DNA from: Macrostomum lignano
Lineage: Eukaryota
Direction of reading: 5' to 3'
DNA length: 64,000 bases
Assembly: GCA_002269645.1 (NCBI GenBank)
Contig: NIVC01000630.1
Span: 186,001 to 250,000 of the forward strand
Positions 11,758-24,210 of this stretch are shown here, piece after piece (the first letter of the stretch is position 1; each line of letters opens with the position of its first letter). The position numbers and the translations under genes are program-made. The notes beneath the pieces are model-generated. The model searched no databases. It had not been told where the DNA came from and worked only from the letters and a program-made list of their open reading frames with translations.

Positions 11758-14569
11758 ATGCCCGGCAGTTGGTGGAAGCGCCTACCCCCAGTTCACATCC
11801 TGTTGATCTGGGGCTTTCTAGTTATTGGCCTGACTGTGAATTTTCTTCAACTGCTCACTCTGCTAGTTTGGCCATTTAGTCGCTGGCTTTATAGAAAGCT
11901 CAATTCATGGCTGGCCTTCCAACTCTGGTGCCAGTTTACTATGCTGTCGCAATGGTATGCTAACAGTAAAATTCGTATGTTTGTGCGGCCTGAGCAGGTG
12001 CCTCACCTGGGCACCGAGCACAGTATTGTGATTATGAATCATCGCTACGAGACGGACTGGATGCTCGGCTGGTGCGCTGTTGAACGCCTGGGAATGCTTG
12101 GGGTGAGCGAACTGGGCGCTGGTGCATGTGGCCAAAACTTTCTAATTCCAGTTGCTGAGCCAGCCTCCCAGATCCTCAGTTGCTGAGCCAGCCTCCCAGA
12201 TCCTCAGTTGCTGGGCCAGCCTCCCAGATCCTCAGTTGCTGAGCCAGCCTCCCAGATCCTCAGTTGCTGGGCCAGCCTCCCAGATCCTCAGTTGCTGAGC
12301 CAGCCTCTAGATCCTCTGTTGCTGGGCCAGCCTTTCAGATTCTCAGTTGCTGGGCCAGCCTCCCAGATCCTCAGTTGCTGAGCCAGCCTCCCAGATCCTC
12401 AGTTGCTGAGCCAGCCTCCCAGATCCTTAGTTGCTGAGCCAGCCTCCCAGATCCTCAGTTGCTAAGCCAGCCTCCCAGATCCTCAGTTGCTGAGCCAGCC
12501 TTTCAGATTCTCAGTTGCTGAGCCAGCCTCCCAGATCCTCAGTTGCTGAGCCAGCCTCCCAGATCCTCAGTTGCTGAGCCAGCCTCCCAGATCCTCAGTT
12601 GCTGGGCCAGCCTTTCAGATTCTCAGTTGCTGGGCCAGCCTCCCAGATCCCCAGTTGCTGGGCCAGCCTCCCAGATCCCCAGTTGCTGGGCCAGCCTCCC
12701 AGATCCTCAGTTGCTGAGCCAGCCTCCCAGATCCTCAGTTGCTGGGCCAGCCTTTCAGATTCTCAGTTGCTGGGCCAGCCTCCCAGATCCCCAGTTGCTG
12801 GACCAGCCTCCCAGATCCCCAGTTGCTGGACCAGCCTCCCAGATCCCCAGTTGCTGGGCCAGCCTCCCAGATCCTCAGTTGCTGAGCCAGCCTCCCAGAT
12901 CCCCAGTTGCTGGGCCAGCCTCATGAATTTCTGTTGCTGGCCAGCTCGACAGACAACCTCAAACAAGTCAAAAATTACTTAAATTTGATCTCCCCTTTTT
13001 CCCCCGCAGAGCTCCAAGATGGTGGGCAAGAAGGTGCTAAAGTTCATCCCCATCATCGGCTGGTCCTTCTACTTCACCGAGTGCATGTTCCTATCTAGAA
13101 ACCTCGATCACGACCGTCGAGTACTGGAGTACCACTCCAAGGAGATGATCTCCTACCCGAAGGAGCACCCGGTCAGCGTGCTGTTCTTCCCCGAGGGCAC
13201 CAGGTTCACCGAGGCCAAACTGGCCGCATGCAACGAAGTCGCCGCCGCCAAAGGCCTCTCTCCAATGCGGCACCTTCTGCTGCCGCGCACTCGCGGCTTC
13301 ATTCTGCTGTTGCAGTCTCTGAAAGGCCGCGCCTCCTGCATCTACGATATGACCCTGGCCGTGCCAGCAGGCGAGGATCCAACTATGATGGCTGCCTTGA
13401 ATGGCCGTCCCTGTCGGGCTGACTTCCTTTGCGAGCGAATCCCCCTGGACGATGTGCCCAGCGACGACGCGGAGTGCTCGAAATGGCTGTTCGATCTCTA
13501 TAAGAAAAAGGTCAGTAAAAAGTCTCCTGATTAGAAGTCACTTAATCTAACATTGGTCCATAATTAGAGATCTCTTCATCCCGGTATCAATCCCCAATTA
13601 GAATCCCTCTAGAAAATTTCAGTGTTGTGAAGAGACTCCCCTAGGCCTAGTAGGCAGTTTTTTCTTATATAAAAAACTAATTGCCGCCATGCCCCCACCC
13701 CAGGTATTCAAAGCTAATTACCGCCATTCCCCCACCCCAGGTATTCAAAGCTAATTACCGCCATTCCCCCACCCCAGGTATTCAAAGCTAATTACCGCCA
13801 TTCCCCCACCCCAGGTATTCAAAGCTAATTACCGCCATTCCCCCACCCAGGTATTCAAAGCTAATTACCGCCATGCCCCCATCCAGGTATTCAAAGCTAA
13901 TTACCGCCATGCCCCACCCCAGGTATTCAAAGCTAATTGCCGCTATTCCCCCACCTCAGGTATTCAAAGCTAATTGCCGCTATTCCCCCACCCCAGGTAT
14001 TCAAAGCTAATTGCCGCTATTCCCCCACCCCAGGTATTCAAAGCTATTCAAAGCTAATTACTGCCATGCCCCCACCCCAGCCCCAGGTATTCAAAGCTAA
14101 TTACCGCCATTCCTCCACCCCAGGTATTCAAAGTCAATTGCCGCCATTCCCCTAACACAAGTATTCAAATTCAAGCTTTGATGTTCACCGCCAGTTACCT
14201 AACTCTTATTTAATAATTAAATTTGTGATACTTCAGGACGACGCCCTGGATTACTACTTCAAGCACGGCCAGTTCCCAGACCCAGCGGCCACCGATATGC
14301 ATTTGGCTCGTCGTAACAAAGACATCACCGCCTATCTGATCTGGTTGGCCTGGTCCATTCTAGTGTTTGCAGTCTTCGTATTGCCTTACATTGTCCAGTC
14401 TAAGCTGAACTGCTGTCTATTTGTCCTGCTATTGGTTTTCATGTCCTACGGTGCCAGAAAGCTCATTGGCGTCACTGAAATTCGCAAGTCATCCAGCTAC
14501 GGTCTTGGCGGCGGAGCGTCCAGCGCCAGTCCTGAGGGCTCTAGTTCGAGTTCTAAGAAAGCTCGGTGA
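11758..14569 (+). CDS. AGPAT3: 1-acyl-sn-glycerol-3-phosphate acyltransferase gamma/delta (AGPAT3/4 family), 392 aa
   Basis: Exons 11758-12102, 13010-13510 and 14237-14569, all phase 0 with GT-AG junctions. Motifs NHRYETD (NHx4D), KFIPIIGWS, FPEGTRF and LLPRTRGF, plus C-terminal TM helices. AGPAT3 versus AGPAT4 cannot be resolved here. Confidence 0.93.
12148..12921. repeat. 28-bp minisatellite, about 27 copies (AGPAT intron 1)
   Basis: Unit gccagcctcccagatcctcagttgctg(a/g). Confidence 0.95.
13678..14150. repeat. 37-bp minisatellite, about 12 copies (AGPAT intron 2)
   Basis: Unit attcaaagctaattaccgccattcccccaccccaggt. Confidence 0.92.
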
Positions 14570-14769
14570 ATCTAGGAATCTAGAAACGTCTGGTTACATT
14601 TAATTTCGTTTCGCTGTGTGGGTCCAACAGTGTCTGCTTGTCTCTGTGTCTTGGCGCTTGTCTTTTTGTATTTGTTGTGCTGTCTGCGGGTCTTTTTTAT
14701 CATTCATTCTTAGTGTCAGTTTGCCTGTATTTAGGAACCTGTCTGGTCCTGTTATAGTGCCTACCTGCT

Positions 14770-14817
14770 TGTTTGTCTCTCTGTCTGCCTGTCTGTCTGT
14801 GTGTCTGTGTGTCTGTG

Positions 14818-14848
<31 letters not shown>

Positions 14849-14849
14849 G

Positions 14850-14888
<39 letters not shown>

Positions 14889-14913
14889 GTGTCTGTGTGT
14901 CTGTCTGTCTGTG

Positions 14914-14968
<55 letters not shown>

Positions 14969-14969
14969 G

Positions 14970-15037
<68 letters not shown>

Positions 15038-15039
15038 CA

Positions 15040-15078
<39 letters not shown>

Positions 15079-15080
15079 CA
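14770..15080. repeat. (TCTG)n / (TGTG) microsatellite
   Basis: Direct reading. Confidence 0.95.
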
Positions 15081-15448
15081 TCTTGGCGTCTTTCTGACTG
15101 ATTGACTGTCTGTCCCCACTGTATTTTCTTCAATTTGTCTTTGTGTCCAACTTAAATACCAGTACGTGCCTATTTCGCTAAATAATTGTTAATAAAAATC
15201 TTTGATTCACCTGCTGTAGTGCCACGCAGCTTTTTATAGCTTTTTAAACTCCTATTCTGTGTAGAATATATTCGCAGTTAAATAATTTATGTAGTCGGAT
15301 GTCAGACAGTACTAAGCCATTTTAGTAGTATAGCTATTGTTGAACTCGATCAAAGTACACATTTGTACCTTAGTTAAACATGTATTTTTCACTCATAGTT
15401 ATTAGTTTTAGTAGTAGTAGTAGTAATATATATATAAAACTAGTAATA

Positions 15449-15486
<38 letters not shown>

Positions 15487-15732
15487 CTGGACTAGTAATA
15501 TATATATATATTAATATATATATTTATATATATATTACTAGTCCAGTACTTAAGGCTTTAAAGATAGGCAGTTATTGTATTTAAATCACAATCACAATTT
15601 GCAAGACATCATGGTTGTGATTCATTTAGCTCTGCTCAAATAACCAATCTTGTGTTGTAGTTTTATTTCCTGCTAATTAACCCTTCTTTATTAAAGTTAG
15701 AGAAGATTAGAATAAACATTTCAAGTGCCAAG

Positions 15733-16204
15733 TTGCGACCACAGATACTAGAGTAACTGGATGGGCCACTCATTCAGATATACTTAGCAAAACAGCTTTC
15801 TACTTTCAGTTCAGTAGCAAATAAGAATATATAAGCTATTTTATAAGAATAAAAGCAGCTGAAATGACTTTGATAAGTTTAGAATCCCATACTTGCAGGT
15901 GTAAACAGCTTGCTAGTTGGTTCAGCAATAATGTACATTGGCCAGTCCACTGAAATGTACATGGCAGCTTTAGGCTAGGAAGTCCGAAAAAGGTAATAAA
16001 AATTGGGGCGGGGCGGTGGGTAGTTTGGAAAGACGCGGTTAGATGGTTTAATCTGGGGGGAAGAGTCATTAAAAGAGCCTTGGCTTTAAAAATACCTATT
16101 CAAATGCTTCCCTTCAACTTACTACTGAACTGAAAGTAGCTTACACGCAAATGTGCTGAGTGGCTGGCCCATCCAGTTGTTCTAGTATCCGTGGTTGTGA
16201 CAAT
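15733..16204. mobile_element. MITE family, copy 1
   Basis: Imperfect TIRs of about 40 bp (ttgcgaccacagatactagagtaactggatgggccactca and its reverse complement at about 16156-16204). The body is homologous to 62688-63030. Confidence 0.75.
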
Positions 16205-16572
16205 GTAAGCGTCAAGGCAATGTTTTTTTTACTTTAGAGTTTTTCATTCTAATTTGTTTGTAAGGCACATTTTATTGCTAGCTAGACCTTTTTAAAGCAC
16301 CTCAGCTTACGCAAGTGCAATCAAAATTTGGTCTGTAAATTTTATTTGATGACCTTTCTGGAAAGAACAATTCAACATATCATATTGCTCACAGACTTGT
16401 ATCTCTGACGGAGTGTTATTTTTAGCTAGAATTATTATACACGCCCTTAGTGCATTCCATTTAAATATTATTATCATATTATATTATTATATATCATACT
16501 ATTATTATCATTACTTGGACGCGCTTTGCACTTTTATTCTGAATTCATTTTGGGAATTGCATGGGGGGCATC

Positions 16573-16657
16573 ACAAACCCGAAAAATCACAACTCCGAAA
16601 GTTCTAGCAATGTTCAACACTATTTTGGTTTTCGGAGTTGTGATTTTTCGGGTTTGT
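16573..16657. repeat. 28-bp perfect inverted repeat (tiny MITE/hairpin)
   Basis: acaaacccgaaaaatcacaactccgaaa at 16573-16600 versus tttcggagttgtgatttttcgggtttgt at 16630-16657. Confidence 0.75.
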
Positions 16658-18897
16658 AATGGCGACCCATTGCATGTAATAGGAGACTAAGACAACAGAA
16701 ATAAATATTAATGCCTTAGTAACTAGAATCTGCCAATTTCTCGATGCTTATGTTATTTCTTTAATAACTTTGATTTGTAACTTTTTGTTAGATTAAGGTC
16801 TGCTATTTCCGTGTCGAAAAACAACAAGTGCCTTAATTATATATTGGACTTTTGAGTCTTGACTACTGCGTTGAGTGCTGATAAGAAGTAGAAGGTGCAG
16901 TGTAAAATGTGCCACTTTTTAGAATAAAATCCTTAATAGTTAAACGTAAAGTAAAGTATGCTACAGCTAACACGCATGCAGAAGTAGAAAAAATTAATAT
17001 ATCGAAGTGCTTCATCTTCTTGTGACTCTTGTGACTGATTTCAACTGAATTTCTCCTGATAACATTTTTTCTATGTAGCATCAAGTGCATGTCTGTGACT
17101 GGCTACTTATCAGTAGTATAGAAAGTAAATTTGTTGCACTTTGCATTGCGTTTTGTATATTATTTTAATCTATTTCATGCGTTTTATGTTCTATTAGCTT
17201 GCGTTTTTCTTAGAATATGGTAACAACTTATTAAGTAATATATAACATACGAGTAGTAAATAAATCTGTAGCTAGGACGGATTGTCTTTGTAGACATTTT
17301 GTCTGCAATCGAAAGCCATCAGTAAATTGCAGTGGAGAATTTATTTTGCTTCAAGATGAAACAGTGATAATCGAAATCATCTGTTGTACCAGACCAAAGT
17401 CAAGCCAAATTTTGTGAGAAGGTCCTCTTTGACTCGCCCATCTGTTCCTTAGCTACGACTGAGATAACTCTACTAACAGACTAGCAAGCCTACAATTACA
17501 TCAAAGTAAAAAAATGATCAAAATTAAATTTTTCCGACTCGGCTGTTAATAAATTTCATAATTTGATCAATCGATATACTCACAGGCGACTCTAGCATCG
17601 ACTCTTGTGACTTTTTACCGACTCAAACGACTGTAATGCGATGGAGAGGCAAATTTTGGATCCTGAACACATTACGTCCAAAAGTCGTGTTAGCGCTTAA
17701 CTTTCTACTAACTCAAGTAGACTAAACAAACAGTGTTTATAAATGCGAAATGCGATTCTTATTCATGAAGTGACGCAGATGCGCTTCAGACGCAACTCAG
17801 TGATTCTACAGCGACTGGCGCGCCTCAGATACGAATCTACACCCCCAGAGTCACTAAAATGACTTGTTATAGAAGCGTTCGGAGTCGTTTTAGAGTCGCT
17901 TCTTTCCTATTTACCTGCAACGTCTCTGGGACACTTCTTGGCCTAGGTACCGTTTTTGTCGGGAGAGTAGACCGTTTTTGGGTTGACTTTGCGGCCTTCG
18001 CGTCTTGGAAGTCTACGAATATAGTTTATCAATTTATTATAACATGATTGTGTATTTTACGTCGGTAGCTTTTAGTAGTCCATGGCACAACCTTACCTGT
18101 CTTTGAAGATTAAACCGTGCGTTATTTAATAGACATTCACAACCGAACGATCCTGTTCCATGCAGCGACAAATGAACGGCCATAAACTTCTTCAGGCGTC
18201 CTACCTATTGATCCCTTGCAGTCTTACGTTCCTGCTTGTCGCATTTCCTTCGATTTTTGTCACCATTTTTTCCAATTTAGCAAGCTAGTGTTTGATCACT
18301 TGGCAACTTCGCGAATAGCTCGTTCGCGAGATCAACTTTGGAACCGCCGACGCCCTCCTCCCGTCCCAATTCACCAACGCTTCCTTGATCCGTCTTTGAT
18401 CGGACAGACCCAGAGGCTACTTCCCAAAGAAAGTACTATACGTTCTAATCTAACTAATGAAATGAAAAAATTAAAATGAAAAAACGCTATATAACAAAGC
18501 ATGCAGTAGGGATTATTAATCCTAATTTGGCGGTTCTTTTCTTAAATCAAGCAATCTTTTTACCAATGATGTCAACAAAAAACTCCATGTACAGCATTCT
18601 TGAAACTGAGCGCAGATTTTCTTACATAGCTATAGATTATAGAAGGCGAAAAAATCGTCCAACCAGCTACAACAATAGTTTTAGTTGCTTGTTGTTCTGA
18701 TAAGAACAAAGACCCTTGAATAATTCTGTCTTTGCCAATATGTATTTTTTCGTACGGATGTACCTTTAGTCTTATTGCAAAGTAATTATATTAGTCAGCT
18801 AAAGCGTATAGTAGGACATTGGGTAGTTTGTTGCTTAACCGCGCTTAGAATGAGTCATTGGACAGGTGCTCCATCAGTTGCTGCTTACATGCGGCTT

Positions 18898-19502
18898 TTA
18901 ATCATTGCGTTCCTGGTTGTCCGTGGTATAGCTCTTCTTGTCAATCATGGGATCCCTGAGGATTCTCTTGTCGATCATGAGATCCCTGAGGATTCTCTTG
19001 TCGATCATGGGATCCCTGAGGATTCTCTTGTCAATCATGGGATCCCTGAGGATTCTCTTGTCAATCATGGGATCCCTGAGGATTCTCTTGTCAATCATGG
19101 GATCCCTGAGGATTCTCTTGTCGATCATGGGATCCCTGAGGATTCTCTTGTCGATCATGGGATCCCTGAGGATTCTCTTGTCAATCATGGGATCCCTGAG
19201 GATTCTCTTGTCAATCATGGGATCCCTGAGGATTCTCTTGTCAATCATGGGATCCCTGAGGATTCGCTTGTCATTCCTGAACTCTCCTTCGTTGCTGAAC
19301 TTGCTCGAGCTCCATTCGACCTCCGGGGCTCCAAAGCTGCCAGGCAGAATTGCAATTCCTGGAAAAGAAGCTTGATTATCAATTGTCTCGCAGGCAAAAA
19401 TTGCGTATTAAATTAATTAGCAAAATATATCGCCGCAAAACAGACTAACTTACCTGCAGCTATGCAGATCAAAGCGACCAGAAAATTAGTCTTCCAAATC
19501 AT
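18898..19502 (-). CDS. Neuropeptide/secreted peptide prohormone (169 aa) yielding 11 x ILRD(P/L)MID
   Basis: Exon 1 19502-19454 (MIWKTNFLVALICIAA, donor G|GTAAGT), a 95-nt intron with acceptor cttcttttccag, and exon 2 19358-18898 in matching phase 1. Signal-peptide-like N-terminus. KR dibasic sites between all 11 repeats; the last is followed by KK. Confidence 0.85.
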
Positions 19503-19623
19503 TTCCTACTTTTAACAACGTTGGACCTCTTAGTAATTGATTAGTTTTGGTGTTTTTAAATAAGATTTGAAACTAATTTACAAAATATGCTGCAATTTTC
19601 TGCTCGTCACTGCTTGTCCGCCA

Positions 19624-19667
19624 TTAAATATAAGATTCTGCGTTCTGTTTTCATTGGTCAGCCAATG
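19624..19667 (-). promoter_or_regulatory. Candidate core promoter of the prohormone gene
   Basis: On the minus strand, a CCAAT pair (cattggtcagccaatg, 19652-19667) and a TATA-like ttatatttaa (19633-19624), about 125 nt upstream of the ATG. Confidence 0.35.
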
Positions 19668-20029
19668 GAGATGTAGATGATGACTACAATTTCTTGTTGC
19701 GTGTATGTCAACACATTCTAAAAGTTTAACAGGCTTTCAATGTAAGCATTCACTGTAAAGCTAATATTTTCATGGCTGTTTGCTAGCACTTGAACGATAT
19801 CGTATATAAGCTCCGTTTTTCAAGTGCCTTACTCGAGTAGAACGGAAGTAAGTTGAGTGGGCTTCACGAACTGCATAGCTTCTTCTAAGAGTGAATTGAG
19901 AAAAGGAAAATCTAACTCAATGCTGATGTCTTAAAACATTAAAATTGAAAATAATCTGTGAAATACTTAAACTATTGTAGGATTTCTAACCGCAGCACTT
20001 TTACGCGAATTCTTTTTTGAGTAGGAATT

Positions 20030-20460
20030 AGCAGAGATCTAGAGAGAATCAGAACAGAGATCTAGAGGGAATCAGTGCAGAAATCTAAAAGAAATCACAG
20101 CAGAGATCTAGAGGGAATCAGGGCAGAGATCTAGGAGAAATCACTGCAGACATCTAAAAGAAATCACTGCAGAGATCTAGAGAGAATTAGAGCAGAGATC
20201 TAGAGTGAATCGGTGCAGAGATCTAAAAGAAATCACGGCAGAGATCTAGAGGGAATCAGGGCAGAGATCTAGGAGAAATCAGTGCAGAGATCTAGATTGA
20301 ATCAGAACAGAGATTTAGAGGGAATTAGAACGGAGATCTAAAAGAAATCACGGCAGATATCTAGAGGGAATCAGGGCAGAGATCTAGAGGGAATCAGGGC
20401 AGAGATCTAGAGGGAATCAGGGCAGAGATCTAGAGGGAGTCGGTGCAGCGATCTAGATAG
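20030..20460. repeat. Degenerate minisatellite of about 23 bp
   Basis: Unit gcagagatctagagggaatcagg and variants. Confidence 0.85.
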
Positions 20461-21799
20461 AGGAAATCCCTTCATAGATGTAGTTGAACCCATCTGTTTT
20501 TCTTGAGTCTTTAACTTTCTATTCAGCTTGAAAAAAATCTCATATATCTATCGTGTCTGATTGATCAATCCCAGATTCACTTTGACCTCATCGACTCCAA
20601 GGGCAGCTATTGACAGGATATCGGGTTCTGCGAGTGTATCGATTTAATATTTTCCCAAGGTAGAAGTGAGTAGCTATTATCCTTTCAATGCAGCGTCACG
20701 CAAACAGCGCGTGTAATACGTTCAATCGAAGTTTCCTAAAGAAGCCGGAATCAGTTGCGTGTAGCGCGCGTGGGTTGGCGAGCTGGGTGAAAGTGGATAC
20801 GAAATGGAGGTGTGTACAGTTTTGAGGTAATTCTAGAATCTGCATAGATCCATTTCTGTGGTATTGACATCGGCAAACTCAGCCTTTATAGGTTTCATTT
20901 AAATTTATAAGCAACCACTCACGCTTGCCAAAAAATACTTTCGCCACATTGATGTCGACTTTAAATTCGAAGATGAAGAATAATGCTCTACATGAAAGTA
21001 GCAAGGATCAAACACGACATAAAACTCGCGCGATATAAATCGTGTTCAATTTTAGGTCGATTTCCTGGAAAAATACACTGCGGAGATAGGGAATAATCAT
21101 TTTTTCATCACAAAATCAATGATTGAATTTGCACTGGGGCAGTGAAGATCACCATTCCTTTAAATTTAGCACGAGCGAGTTGTGTAGTGAAAGTTATATC
21201 TTCATATCGATTTTTTATTTCATAAGCCTCAGCCAAAGCTGTACATACGAATGAAATCTTTGTTTGGTTCCTTTTTGAATCAAGTATATTTGTAATAAAA
21301 TTGTTGCATTCAGGTACTCTTAAGCCATTATTGAAGGTAGTTCCATAATTTAAATACATATTAGTAGCTATTCGTAGTCTTTTCTAAGTAATTAAATGTA
21401 ATTGAAAGTTTACCAATATCATTTTTTATATTGTTGTTGACGCAGTGTTTAGAAAGCTATCAAGTTAAGTTAAGGCCCTGCTTAAGGCCAAGAGTAGCTA
21501 CCTGCATGCAAAAACTTTATTACAAATAATACCTTGATTCAGGAAATTACAAAACAAATATTTCACCCGTGAGTATACATGTACAGCTTTAAATTGGTTT
21601 GGGCATGAAATAAAAAACTATAAAAAATATAGCAGAGTAGCATGTTGTGCATGCTGAATTACGTGATGAATGAAATGATTAACTATTTCCTATCTCTGTC
21701 ATATTTTTCCAGGAAATTCTTGCTAAAATATACAGCATCCTTGAGGTTTACATCCCGTCATACTACAGAAGTGGTCCTTGATAAGTAGCTGTTGCATTG

Positions 21800-22350
21800 A
21801 AAATGAGAGTATTGGGGCTAGTCGCAATGGTGTGTTACATTAAGTGTGAGAGGGGTGGAGGCTAGTCGCAATGGTGTGTACATAAGGGTGAGAGGGGTGG
21901 GGGCTAGTCTCAATGATGTCTACATAAGGGTGAGAGGGGTGGGGGCTAGTCTCAATGGTGTGTACATTAAGGGTGAGAGGGTGGGGGCTAGTCTCAATTG
22001 TGTGTACATTGAGGGGGAGAGGTGTTGGAGCTAGCCTAGATGGTATTTACATTGAGGGGTGGGGGCTATAGTCTCAATGGTGGGTACATTAAGGGTTGGA
22101 AGGGTGGCCGGGAGCTAGCCTAGAGGGTTTGTACATTGGGGGTGACAGGGGTGGGGGCTAGTCTCAATGGTGTGTACATTAAGGGTTGGAAGGGTGGCCG
22201 GGAGCTAGCCTAGAGGGTTTGTACATTGGGGGTGAGAAGGGTGGGGGCTAGTCTCAATGGTGTGTACATTAAGGGTTGGAAGGGTGGCCGGGAGCTAGCC
22301 TACAGGGTTTGTAATTTGGGGGTGAGAGGGGTGGGGGCTCGCCTAGATAA
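21800..22350. repeat. G-rich minisatellite (about 42-48-bp units, later alternating as a dimer)
   Basis: gagaggggtgggggctagtctcaatggtgtgtacattaagggt alternates with tggaagggtggccgggagctagcctagagggtttgtacattgggggt. Confidence 0.85.
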
Positions 22351-22994
22351 GCGTGTCTAGACATGCCTATTCTGGCTCGAACACAGCTGCTAAACGGGAC
22401 AGAAAGAAGGACTCTAGACTTGACGGATTAAGCCCAATTCGCAATCTCAAACTTCTAAGCTGTCTGGCTAATTACTTTGGTAGAGCTGAGCGGCTGAGCT
22501 GGCAAGAAACAGGCAGGGAAGCTGCCAAAGACGGGGCACTAGTAGCTGAGAAGCAAATCAAAAAGGAAGTCAATTTTTCTTTCCCAACTGTAGCTACATT
22601 TCTAAGAATAGAAAAATCACTTCATTTTTTAACCCTTTCACCCTTGCAGATAGAAGTCGCTTCGCTTTTATTCTTGGCAAGCATTCATTAAATAGTTATG
22701 CCTAATTGCAGTGCTTCAGTTCTCTCTCCCATAATTCTATCTCTTCATTCCTCTCTCATTAAACCTCTGCTCCTAAAGGTATCTCGATTTTATGCAAAGC
22801 TGACAATCAAAATCTCATTATGAGCTGCAGCTTCAGTGCATGCGGCAGATTATAAAACTTGTTTTTTCCAAAAAAATAATTACAGTAATAATACTTATTT
22901 ATTTATAATTTCCATTCTTTAGCATCCGTCAGATAGCATTTTGTACACATACACGACTGTAGATTTAGGAAATACAGTCTCCCTCTTGCTTTCT

Positions 22995-24210
22995 TGCCCT
23001 CTCTTTCTCCCAGTCATCTTTCTCTCCATCTCCCCCTCTCCTTCTCTCCCTTTTCTCCTTCCCTCCTCCTTTTCTCCCCCTCTCCCCTCTTACTATCCTT
23101 CTTTCCCTCTCCTCCTCTCCCTCTCCTTCTCTCCCTCTCCTCCTCTCCCTCTCCTCCTCTCCCTCTTCTCCCTCTCCTCCTCTTCCTCTCCTTCTCTCCC
23201 TCTCCTCCTCTCCCTCTCCTCCTCTCCCTCTCCTCTCCCTCTCCTCCTCCCTCTTCTCCCTCTTCTCCCTCTCCCTCTTCTCCCTCTCCTCCTCTCCCTC
23301 TCCTCCTCTTCCTCTCCTCCTCTTCCTCTCCTTCTCTCCCTCTCCTCCTCTCCCTCTCCTCCTCTCCCTCTTCTCCCTCTCCTCCTCTCCCTCTTCTCCC
23401 TCTCCTCCTCTCCTCTCCTCTCCCTCCTCTCCCTCTTCCTCCCTCCTCCTCCTCTCCTCCTCTCCCTCTCCTCCTCTCCCTCTTCTCCCTCTCCTCCTCT
23501 CCTCCTCTCCCTCTCCTCCTCTCCCTCTCCTCCTCTCCCTCTCCTCCTCTCCCTCTCCTCCTCTCCCTCTCCTCCTCTCCCTCTCCTCCTCTCCCTCTCC
23601 TCTTCTCCCTCTCCTCCTCTCCCCCTCTCCTCTCCTCCTCTCCCTCTCCTCCTCTTCCTCTCCTCCTCTTCCTCTCCTTCTCTCTCCCTCTCCTCTCCTC
23701 CTCTCCCTCTTCTCCCTCTCCTCCTCTCCCTCTTCTCCCTCTCCTCCTCTCCCTCTCCTCCTCTCCCTCTTCTCCCTCTCCTCCTCTCCTCCTCTCCCTC
23801 TCCTCCTCTCCCTCTCCTCCTCTCCCTCTTCTCCCTCTCCTCCTCTCCTCCTCTCCCTCTCCTCCTCTCCCTCTCCTCCTCTCCCTCTCCTCCTCTCCCT
23901 CTCCTCCTCTCCCTCTCCTCCTCTCCCTCTCCTCCTCTCCCTCTCCTCTCCCTCTCTCCCTCTCCTCCTCTCCCCCTCTCCTCTCCTCCTCTCCCTCTCC
24001 TCCTCTCCCTCTCCTCCTCTCCCTCTCCTCCTCTCCCTCTCCTCCTCTCCCTCTCCTCCTCTCCCTCTCCTCCTCTCCCTCTCCTCCTCTCCCTCTTCTC
24101 CCTCTCCTCCTCTCCCTCTCCTTCTCTCACTCTCCTCTCACTCTCCTCCTTTCTCTCTCCTTTTCTCCTTTCTTTCGCCTCCCTCTCTTTTCCCTTCGAT
24201 CTTCCTCTAC

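Noticed and set aside
14600-15133. ORFs such as (DRQT)n and (SVCL)n; likewise those at 22941-24332, 35580-35892 and 60760-61386
   Set aside because: These are translations of microsatellites and low-complexity tracts.
17915-18430. Three minus-strand exon-like segments with GT-AG borders (ending at 18205; 18152-18097; 18012-17915) downstream of the prohormone
   Set aside because: The first needs a frameshift and splicing to the second gives an immediate stop. No coherent protein could be built.
18775-19416. Plus-strand ORFs over the 30-bp repeat (HGIPEDSLVN and SIMGSLRILL repeats)
   Set aside because: The recurrent repeat variants change amino acids in these frames, whereas the minus frame has synonymous variation, a signal exon and KR sites.
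21060-21718. Imperfect 33-bp inverted repeat flanking an 83-codon AT-rich ORF; the motif recurs near 44455
   Set aside because: No TSD, element polarity unclear, and the ORF has no recognisable motif. Probably decayed transposon ends.
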